Origin: Candidatus Binatia bacterium
GTDB taxonomy: Bacteria > Desulfobacterota > Binatia > DP-6
DNA: 64,000 nucleotides
Assembly: GCA_046327955.1 (NCBI GenBank)
Contig: JAXLXP010000006.1
Span: forward strand, 82,977 to 146,976
Direction of reading: 5' to 3'
The notes beneath the pieces were generated by a model. That model saw only the letters and a program-made list of their open reading frames with translations, was not told where the DNA came from and did no database searches. Positions within the stretch are counted from its first letter, which is position 1. Each line of letters starts with the position of its first letter. Below, in pieces: positions 34,520 to 41,843 of the stretch. The position numbers and the translations under genes were made by a program.

Positions 34520-34592
34520 CCCCTCGGGGGCTGGGGGCGCGGAACATACAGGGGGTATTTCGGGGAGTCAATGAGTAGTCCGCACCGGACAC

Positions 34593-34618
34593 GTAACCCT
34601 TGGGAGACAAGGGTTACA
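34593..34618. repeat. Perfect 10-bp inverted repeat GTAACCCTTG-ggagac-CAAGGGTTAC in a 197-nt lower-GC intergenic region
   Basis: Read directly; lies 75 nt upstream of the metallopeptidase start and 100 nt downstream of the small ORF stop, all on the minus strand. Confidence 0.7.
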
Positions 34619-34716
34619 GCTCACCTTCCCACCCTGGGCGGGGGCCGTCACGCCGGCGGCAGAACCGCACGCCGAATCGCGAGTCGGAGGGCGTGGGGCG
34701 GTGGGTCCCGCGCGGG

Positions 34717-34950
34717 CTACGCGGCCCCATGGGCTCGGCGCACGGCATCCGCGTCGGCGGGGTACACCGCGCCGTCGAGACGGATCAGGCGCGTTTCCGG
34801 CCAGTAGCGCCACGGCTCGTCGACGGGCTCGAGTGTGAGGATCTGGAAGGGGCCGTCGACGCTGTTGGCGCCGTCGGTGCCCGCCACCCGGCAGAGCGGT
34901 CGCTGTGGCAGGTCAGCGACGTAAACGTAATCGCCCAGCTGGTAGGTCAT
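34717..34950 (-). CDS. Hypothetical small protein (77 aa)
   Basis: ATG 34950 preceded by GAGGAGG RBS; MTYQLGDYVYVADLPQRPLCRVAG... Confidence 0.4.
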   Translation of the reverse strand: MTYQLGDYVYVADLPQRPLCRVAGTDGANSVDGPFQILTLEPVDEPWRYWPETRLIRLDGAVYPADADAVRRAHGAA

Positions 34951-35135
34951 CCCGTGCCTCCTCGACGGCTTCCGCCCCTGGCGCGATAGCAGCGTCCGTG
35001 CCGAACGTGGGTCCCCGGAAGTTGCGGGAAACGCCACGCCGGTCGCGGCGAAATCGCAGCGCATGTGTACGATTTTACGTGCCGGCGGCCGTTCCATGCG
35101 GCGCGCTCGCGTGCTTGCCATGCTCCCAGCGGCGG

Positions 35136-36239
35136 TCAGCCCGGCCGGCGCACGCGCCGCAGGTACGCCTCGCGGACGATGCGCACGTCGTCGACGAATG
35201 CGGGCAGCTCCTCGAGCGTGAGCGCCTGCTTGCCGTCGCAGAGTGCCTGCTCGGGGCGGGGGTGGAAGTCCACCAGGATCATGTTGGCGCCGGCGATCAC
35301 GCCCTGCGCGGTGGCGTGATGGATCTCGGTCAGGCCGTCGGGTGTCGTTGTCCGCCGGCCGGCAGAGTGCGAAGGGTCGATGCAGACCGGCAGTCGCGTC
35401 AGCAGCTTCACGACCGGCACGTGCGCGAAGTCGATCAGGTTGCGGTGCGGGTCGCCGAGCAGCGACTTCACCCCGCGCAAGCAGAAGACGATGTTCCGGT
35501 TGCCTTCGCTCGCGATGTACTCGCAGGCGTTGAGCGCCTCTTCGAGCGTGATCCCCATGCCGCGCTTGAAGAGGACGGGGAACTCGTGCTGTTGGCCGAC
35601 GGCCTTGAGCAGCTCGAAGTTCTGCGCGTTGCGCGTACCGATCTGCACCATCACGCCGGTCGGGCTCCCGGTCGCGGCGAGTGCCGCATGGATCTCGTCG
35701 AGCTGGCCCTCGTGCGTCACCTCCATCGCGACCACGGCGATGCCGTGCTTGCCGGCGAGGTCGAACACGTACGGCAGGCAGGTCTTGCCGTGTCCCTGGA
35801 AGTCGTACGGGCTGGTGCGCGGCTTGTAGGCGCCCATACGCGCGGTGCGCAGCCCTTGGGCGGCGAGCGCGGCGAAGGTGCGGTCGACGTTCTCTGGCGT
35901 ATCGACGGCGCAGAGGCCGGCGAAGACGTGCAAGGAGTCCTGATCGAAACGGATGCCGCGGTACTCGAAGCCGATCGCCTCGACCTGACCCTGGTGGCGC
36001 CCGATCGCGCGATACCTGTCCGACACGCGCACGACCCGCACCACCGCCGGGTGCTCGGCGAAGGGTTCGGTCGCGACGGCCTGCGTCTCCCCGACCAGGT
36101 GGACCTCGGTAACGACGTGTGTCTCACCGCGGTAGACGTGCACCTGGGCCGAGATGTTCGGATGCCGTGCCGCTGCAGCCAGGATCTCCTCCACCTCGGC
36201 GGCGTCGGGCTCGAGGTCGGGTCGCAGGATGATGATCAT
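35136..36239 (-). CDS. aroF: 3-deoxy-7-phosphoheptulonate (DAHP) synthase, type I-beta with N-terminal ferredoxin-like regulatory domain
   Basis: 367 aa; KPRTSPYDFQG, CIDPSHSAGRR, LILVDFHP motifs as in Thermotoga/Bacillus-type DAHPS. Confidence 0.85.
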   Translation of the reverse strand: MIIILRPDLEPDAAEVEEILAAAARHPNISAQVHVYRGETHVVTEVHLVGETQAVATEPFAEHPAVVRVVRVSDRYRAIGRHQGQVEAIGFEYRGIRFDQDSLHVFAGLCAVDTPENVDRTFAALAAQGLRTARMGAYKPRTSPYDFQGHGKTCLPYVFDLAGKHGIAVVAMEVTHEGQLDEIHAALAATGSPTGVMVQIGTRNAQNFELLKAVGQQHEFPVLFKRGMGITLEEALNACEYIASEGNRNIVFCLRGVKSLLGDPHRNLIDFAHVPVVKLLTRLPVCIDPSHSAGRRTTTPDGLTEIHHATAQGVIAGANMILVDFHPRPEQALCDGKQALTLEELPAFVDDVRIVREAYLRRVRRPG

Positions 36240-36338
36240 GAATGCCTAGGTTTCTTCTCCGGCCATGGGGCCGCGCTCATGACGCGGCCCGGTCCGCGGC
36301 GACAAGGTCACGGTGACGAACGGCCCGTAGACGGGCGT

Positions 36339-37211
36339 CTACGAGCCGACGAGGCGGTCGAGGTGGCGGCGGGTGTCGTCGGAGCCCCGCGTGGGCATCG
36401 ATACGACGAGCCGGTCGGCACCGGCGTCGCGGTAGGCGGCCTGCGTGGCCCGGTCGGGCATCATGTCGAGCGCCGCGTCTTCCATCCCCGGCGGTGCGCC
36501 GATCATGACCGTGATCGAGATGTGCCGCGGGTCGCGCCCGGCCTCGCGTGCGAGGCGGTCGAGGTTGGCGCGTGCCTCGCGCAGGCCATCGGGGGAGAGG
36601 GCGATCGGCATCCACCCGTCGCCCCAGGCGGCGACGCGGCCGAGCGCGTTGGGGCCCATGCCGCCGATGATGACCGGCGGGTGGGGTTTCTGCACCGGCC
36701 GCGGCCGGCAGACCGCGGCCGGGAACCGGATCCATTTTCCCGTGAAGGCCGGGGCGTCCTCGGTCCAGAGCGTGCGCATGGCGGCGACGGCCTCGCGCAT
36801 GAAGCCGAAGCGGTAGGGGAAGTGCGGCGTGAACAGGTCCATCTCCTCCCTGAGCCAGCCGGCGCCGATGCCGAACAGCAGCCGGCCCCCCGAGAGCCAG
36901 TCGAGGCTCGCGACCTGGTGGGCGAGCATGATCGGGTCGCGCTCGGGTACGAGGCAGATGCCGGTGCCGACCTTGAGGCGCGTCGTCACCGCCGCGGCCG
37001 CGGCGAGCACGGCGAACTGGTCGGGTAGCTCCGTGTAGGGCCGCGGGAGCTTGCCGTCGGAAGAGAGCGGGTAGCGTGTCTCGTAGTCGCGCGGGACGAC
37101 CGGGTGCTCGGGGACCCAGAGCGACTCGAGTCCGCGCTCCTCGCAGGCACGAGCGAGCTCCGTGACGGGGAGCGCGCGCTCCGTGACGAACATGAGCACG
37201 CCGACGTCCAT
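36339..37211 (-). CDS. Luciferase-like monooxygenase family (LLM class, possibly F420-dependent) oxidoreductase
   Basis: 290 aa; TIM-barrel LLM motifs LESLWVPEH, LFGIGAGW. Confidence 0.75.
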   Translation of the reverse strand: MDVGVLMFVTERALPVTELARACEERGLESLWVPEHPVVPRDYETRYPLSSDGKLPRPYTELPDQFAVLAAAAAVTTRLKVGTGICLVPERDPIMLAHQVASLDWLSGGRLLFGIGAGWLREEMDLFTPHFPYRFGFMREAVAAMRTLWTEDAPAFTGKWIRFPAAVCRPRPVQKPHPPVIIGGMGPNALGRVAAWGDGWMPIALSPDGLREARANLDRLAREAGRDPRHISITVMIGAPPGMEDAALDMMPDRATQAAYRDAGADRLVVSMPTRGSDDTRRHLDRLVGS

Positions 37212-37289
37212 CGAATCCTACTAGCCGCGGCCGCCGACCCGACGCAAGCCCGGCTCGCGCGGCTGCGTCGCGTCGGCTATCAGGGATGG

Positions 37290-38585
37290 ATGCGGATTGT
37301 GCTGCTCGCGATGCTGCTGCTCGTGCCCGCCCGTGCCCCCGCCGAAGACGGTCTCGCTCCCGGGACCGTGCTCGATGCGGAGCACGCCCCGGCCGCGCAG
37401 AACCTGCTCCCGCCCGAGACGCTCGCGCACTATCAGGCGGGTGAGTACCGTAACGCGATCGCGGCGTGGCCCGCGACACCACCGTGGGAGCCCGCGTTCG
37501 GCGAGGCGAGCGCCAAGAACGCGGGACGGCTGTCGCTCGACGAGAAGGGGACGATCGTCGAGGGCGGCAAGCCGGCGCGCGGTCTCTACGGACTGCCCTT
37601 CAAGGTCGATCCCACCGATGCGCAGGCCGGGCTCGCGGTGATCTGGAACGCGTACTATGCCATCTGGCGCAACGTGAGCACCCACGACGTCGTCGAGCTC
37701 GACTGGATCGGGCGCAAGGGGATCGAGCGGCAGGCGGTGCTCGAGAGCCGCACCCTCTACTACGAGGGGGTGCCACCCGCGCGTGCGCCGAAGAAGAACG
37801 ACCTCGACCTCGCGGCGCAGCAGTTCGCGCTCGTGACGTCGCCGGCGGACCTCAACGGGACGGCCACGCTGCAATGGCGCTTCCGCGATCCGCGACGGCA
37901 GGACCAGTCGTGGACCTACATCCCCGCGCTCAAGCGGGTGCGGCAGGTCTCGCCCGTCAACCGCTCCGACGGGTTCCTCGGCTCCGACCTCTCGCAGGAC
38001 GACGGTTCGTTCTTCGACGGCAAGCCGGAGGACTTCGTCTGGAAGCTCGTGGGCGAGCGCGAGCAGCTCGTGCTCGCCGACCCCGTGAGTCTCGCCAGCA
38101 AGGTCGTCCGGCAGGGCAAGCCCGACGGGGCGATCGAGGAGAGCTGGCCCGTGGGGCAGAAGGTCGTGGGCTACCAGGACCCGGCCTGGCGCGGCCTCGC
38201 ATGGGCGCCGGTGGCGCCGGTGCTGGTCCAGCGCAAGCTCTGGGTGGTCGAGGCACAGCCGCGCGACCCCAACTATCTCTTCCACAAGATCGAGATCGGC
38301 ATCGACCAGGAGACCTTCCAGGGCGCCACGAGCCGCAAGTTCGACGCCCAGGGGGCGCAGCTGCGCAGCCTCACCTTCCTCCTCTACGCGAGCCAGCCGA
38401 TCGAGGCTGGGGGCGAGAAGCTGATCTTCTCGGCGTCGTCGATGGGGTACATCGGTGCGGAGAACCTGAAGGCGAACCGGGCCACGGTGGTGGGGACCGT
38501 TCCGCCCGGCGCACCGATCCACGTGCGGCGCGGGTCCACGGATCCCGACGTCTTCGCGCTCGAACGGCTCGGCGCGGGGAAGTGA
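37290..38585 (+). CDS. DUF1329-family secreted protein (LolA-like fold)
   Basis: 431 aa from ATG 37290; signal peptide MRIVLLAMLLLVPARAPA; WTYIPALKRVRQVSP resembles the family's conserved LRRVRR segment. Confidence 0.55.
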   Translation: MRIVLLAMLLLVPARAPAEDGLAPGTVLDAEHAPAAQNLLPPETLAHYQAGEYRNAIAAWPATPPWEPAFGEASAKNAGRLSLDEKGTIVEGGKPARGLYGLPFKVDPTDAQAGLAVIWNAYYAIWRNVSTHDVVELDWIGRKGIERQAVLESRTLYYEGVPPARAPKKNDLDLAAQQFALVTSPADLNGTATLQWRFRDPRRQDQSWTYIPALKRVRQVSPVNRSDGFLGSDLSQDDGSFFDGKPEDFVWKLVGEREQLVLADPVSLASKVVRQGKPDGAIEESWPVGQKVVGYQDPAWRGLAWAPVAPVLVQRKLWVVEAQPRDPNYLFHKIEIGIDQETFQGATSRKFDAQGAQLRSLTFLLYASQPIEAGGEKLIFSASSMGYIGAENLKANRATVVGTVPPGAPIHVRRGSTDPDVFALERLGAGK

Positions 38586-38601
38586 GCGAGGTCCGGCGCG
38601 G

Positions 38602-39072
38602 TCAGGCGAGCCGGCGGTAGCGTCCCTGGAAGTAGAGCAGCGGGTCGCCGCCGGTCGCGCTCGCATGCGTGACCTCGCCGACGTGGATCACGTGGTCACC
38701 ACCCTCGTGCGTCTGGACGATGCGGCACTCGAGGTGCGCGAGACAGCCGTCGAGGAGTGGGGCTCCCAGGCGTCCTGCGCGGTGGGCGACGTCGGCGAAC
38801 TTGTCGCCGCCCGACCTGGCGAAGCGGGTCGAGAGGTCCTCCTGAGTCGCGGCGAGGACGTTCACCGCGAAGCACCGGGAGGCGTAGAAGTGCGCGAAGC
38901 TCTCCGCCTTGCGGTCGACGCAGACGAGCAGCAGCGGCGGGGAGAGCGAGACCGAGGTCACCGAGTTCGCCGTGAGCCCGTGGGCGCCACCGCGGCCGTC
39001 GTGCGTGGTGACGACCGTGACGCCGGTGGCGAAGTGCCCCATCACGCGGCGTAGCTCCTGCGCCTCGACCAT
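38602..39072 (-). CDS. NAD(P)H-flavin reductase (HpaC-like flavin reductase domain)
   Basis: 156 aa from ATG 39072; VMGHFATGVTVVTT, LTANSVTSVSLSPPLLLVCV. Confidence 0.8.
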   Translation of the reverse strand: MVEAQELRRVMGHFATGVTVVTTHDGRGGAHGLTANSVTSVSLSPPLLLVCVDRKAESFAHFYASRCFAVNVLAATQEDLSTRFARSGGDKFADVAHRAGRLGAPLLDGCLAHLECRIVQTHEGGDHVIHVGEVTHASATGGDPLLYFQGRYRRLA

Positions 39073-39125
39073 GGCGGTCGGACTTACTGCCCGCCGCCGA
39101 GCGCTGTCAACGCCACGCTCGGTGC

Positions 39126-39151
39126 GGGGCCGGGAGGGGATTCCCGGCCCC
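39126..39151 (-). terminator. Perfect 10-bp GC-rich hairpin (GGGGCCGGGA-ggggat-TCCCGGCCCC) 10 nt downstream of the large secreted-protein gene
   Basis: Read directly; no U-tract, as is common in high-GC genomes. Confidence 0.4.
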
Positions 39152-39161
39152 GCGGCCGGCG

Positions 39162-41636
39162 TCACGGGAGCAGTGACATGTCGGTCACGAGCGAGAGCCC
39201 GCCGGGTCCGGGCAGGCCTGCCACCGGGTCGATGGTGAGGCTCACACTGCCGATGCAGAACGTCGAGGCGACCGTGACCTCGCTGGCCGCACTGCCGAGC
39301 CCACTGGCCGACGGGGTGCCGCCCTGCTTGATCGTGCGCGCGAGCTTGTGCCCGAACGCTCCGACCTTCTGGCTCGTCTGACCCGAACAGAAGAGGCCGG
39401 TCGTCGACGTCTTCGACGTCGTCCCGGTGGTGAGCGGGTTGAGGGCGATCGGCAAGGGTGCCTGGAAGGCACCGTCGGACGGACAGTCGACGCTCGGCTT
39501 GTTGGCCGTGACGCCGTCGTTGAAGACGCATGACAGCCCCGACCGTGGGCCGCGGCTGCACTGGTTGGCCGCGGTGCAGACTGGGCAGGGAACCGCCACG
39601 TTGCCGGTCAGGTAGACGCGCGACTGGAGGGTGACGTTGAGGGTCACCGTCCCGCTCGCCGTCGTGTCGGCGGTGCCCGAGCTGTCGGTCTCGATGCCGT
39701 TCACGACACAGGTGGAGAGGGCCGGGTTGCCGGGGTTCGGAATCGGGAGCGGGGGCCCGAAGTAGCAGTTGATGTCCGGCTGGCACCCCTTGCCGAAGTT
39801 GCCGCAGTCCGCGTCGGTGGTGCAGACGGCGCCCGCGTTCGCTTGATTGAGGCAGTGCCTGGCAGGGCCCGTCCCGAGCGTGCAGTTCTTGTTGGCTCCG
39901 CCGACCGGGTAGACGTTGAACCCGGTCGTCGTGCCGACACCGGCGTTCGGCCCGAGTGTGAGGGTCGTGCCGTTCTGCTGGGTGATCGTGAAATACTGGC
40001 TCGATCCCGTCGGAATCGGCCCACCCGGGACGGCCGTATTGCTGCCGCCGCCGAGGTACAGACAGCCCCTTCCGAGGTCGCTCAGCTTGCCGTTGGTCGC
40101 GTTGTCGATCTCGCCGGAGAACGGCGGCGCCGGCGGCGGGCCGAGCGTGGTTCCGCACACTCCGCTCGTTCCGCAGTCCGCTCCCGTGGTGCAGGCGCCG
40201 AGCCCGTTGGTGCCGCCCAGATTGCTACCGCCCGTGCAGTGGACGTTCAGGGCCGGGCCGCCGCAGCTCGACGTTCCTGGTTTGAGCGTCATCTTGAGCT
40301 TGCTGAACCCGATCGTGGTGGTCGTCGTCGGGGTCGTGGTGGTGGTCGTGGTCGGAAGCGTCGTGGTGGTCGTCACGATCGTCGTGGACGTCGTCGTCGG
40401 AACCGTGGTGGTCGTCGTGGCGATCGTGGTGGAGGTGGTCGTCGGGATCGTGGTGGTCGTCGTGGCGAGGGTGGTCGTGGTGGTCGTCGGCAGCGTGGTC
40501 GTGGTGGTGACGACGGTGGTGGAGGTGGTCGTCGGAATCGTGGTCGTCGTCGGCGCCACGCACGTGCAGGCGATGCAGGCATCTCCCTCCGGGCAGTTGC
40601 CGAGGATCGCGCCGCCCGCGGACGTGTCGCACTGCTCGCCCTGGTCGAGCTTGCCGTTGCCGCAGAGGGGAATCGTGGTCGTGGTGGTGGCGATGGTCGT
40701 GCTGGTCGTCGCCAGGGTCGTCGTGGTGGTGGCGATCGTCGTCGACGTCGTGGTCGTGACCGTCGGGAGGCCCCTCACGTAGGCGCGGTCGGCGCTCACG
40801 ATGTCCCCCACGACCCGCCCGCGCACGTGCGACTCTTTGCCGAGGCCGACGAGCGCGTGCGGCGCACAGATGATGCCGTCGAGCTGGGCGCGTTTGGAGA
40901 CGCGGACCCGCTCGCCGCGAACGAGGAACTCGACGTTGCGCGGGTCGGTGCCCGAGGACGGCGACGCGCCGGCGAACGCCTCGTTGAACACCTCGAGGTC
41001 GCCGGTGATGAACACCTGCGCCGCGCTGTCGACGAGGAGCTGCGCGCCGCGGGCCAGCCGGAGGTTGCAAAAGACATACGTGCCGCCCGAGAGGCGGAGG
41101 GTGCCGGCGTTGGCGTCGCCGCTGCCGAGCACGAGGACGTCGCTACGGAGCGTCGGTGAGGTCGAGGAGCCGCCGCCGATCGTCTGGAACCCATTGTGCC
41201 CGACCGTGACCGGGGCCCCGCCGCAGTTGGGGAACTGCCGCGGAAAGCCGCAGGCGTCGCCGAGATCGGCGACGAGCGGATCGATCAGGCCGCCGGGCAT
41301 GGCGGGGCAGGCCGCCTGCGTCTCGATCACCTGGCCCGCAAAGAGCCCGCCGCACCGTGACCCGCGGCCGAGCCGCGCGATCTTGGCGACGACGTCCTGC
41401 GCGTGGGCGTCGAGCTTGCCGTGCGTGAGCGCCGAGCCGCTGTTCACCCGAAGCCCGCCCTCGTCGACGTCGAAGAAGCCCTTCGTCCGCACGAGCTGGC
41501 CGGCGAGAACCGCGTAGTCGGCCGGAGCCCGGCTCGGCCGCGGGGCCGCCGTGCGAGCCGGTGGCGCGAACGCGAGCGCTCCTGCCATGATGGCTAGCAA
41601 GCTGCCGACGATCGCGTAGCGCGTGCCTGATCTCAT
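39162..41636 (-). CDS. Large secreted protein (824 aa): N-terminal domain, myxobacterial Cys-rich repeat flanked by Thr-rich tandem linkers, C-terminal Gly/Cys-rich domain
   Basis: ATG 41636 with GGAGGG RBS; signal peptide MRSGTRYAIVGSLLAIMAGALAFA; LCGNGKLDQGEQCDTSAGG matches TIGR02232-type repeat; about five imperfect 17-aa TTTTT(L/I/V)PTTTSTT(I/V)(A/V) units. Confidence 0.7.
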   Translation of the reverse strand: MRSGTRYAIVGSLLAIMAGALAFAPPARTAAPRPSRAPADYAVLAGQLVRTKGFFDVDEGGLRVNSGSALTHGKLDAHAQDVVAKIARLGRGSRCGGLFAGQVIETQAACPAMPGGLIDPLVADLGDACGFPRQFPNCGGAPVTVGHNGFQTIGGGSSTSPTLRSDVLVLGSGDANAGTLRLSGGTYVFCNLRLARGAQLLVDSAAQVFITGDLEVFNEAFAGASPSSGTDPRNVEFLVRGERVRVSKRAQLDGIICAPHALVGLGKESHVRGRVVGDIVSADRAYVRGLPTVTTTTSTTIATTTTTLATTSTTIATTTTTIPLCGNGKLDQGEQCDTSAGGAILGNCPEGDACIACTCVAPTTTTIPTTTSTTVVTTTTTLPTTTTTTLATTTTTIPTTTSTTIATTTTTVPTTTSTTIVTTTTTLPTTTTTTTPTTTTTIGFSKLKMTLKPGTSSCGGPALNVHCTGGSNLGGTNGLGACTTGADCGTSGVCGTTLGPPPAPPFSGEIDNATNGKLSDLGRGCLYLGGGSNTAVPGGPIPTGSSQYFTITQQNGTTLTLGPNAGVGTTTGFNVYPVGGANKNCTLGTGPARHCLNQANAGAVCTTDADCGNFGKGCQPDINCYFGPPLPIPNPGNPALSTCVVNGIETDSSGTADTTASGTVTLNVTLQSRVYLTGNVAVPCPVCTAANQCSRGPRSGLSCVFNDGVTANKPSVDCPSDGAFQAPLPIALNPLTTGTTSKTSTTGLFCSGQTSQKVGAFGHKLARTIKQGGTPSASGLGSAASEVTVASTFCIGSVSLTIDPVAGLPGPGGLSLVTDMSLLP
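40311..40556 (-). repeat. Imperfect tandem ~51-nt repeats encoding a Thr-rich linker
   Basis: Repeated gtcgtggtggtcgtc...ggaaccgtggtg units read directly. Confidence 0.65.
40666..40775 (-). repeat. Second Thr-rich linker-coding low-complexity repeat
   Basis: Encodes TVTTTTSTTIATTTTTLATTSTTIATTTTTIP. Confidence 0.6.
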
Positions 41637-41843
41637 CCTGCCCTCCACGAGACGGGTCGGTGCCCTCCGACCCCGCCCATTGCTGAGCAAAATCCGTAAC
41701 ACGCTGGCCAAGCGAAGGGAAGCCAAAAGCCGCGGCCCGGCGCGGGTTTCGTCGTGCGCCTGGGCAAGAACTGCCGCGCGGGGTGGCGATTCTGCAAGGG
41801 CCTGCCCGAGTGGCCGCGATGTTGCGCGGATGCGGCACCTGCC

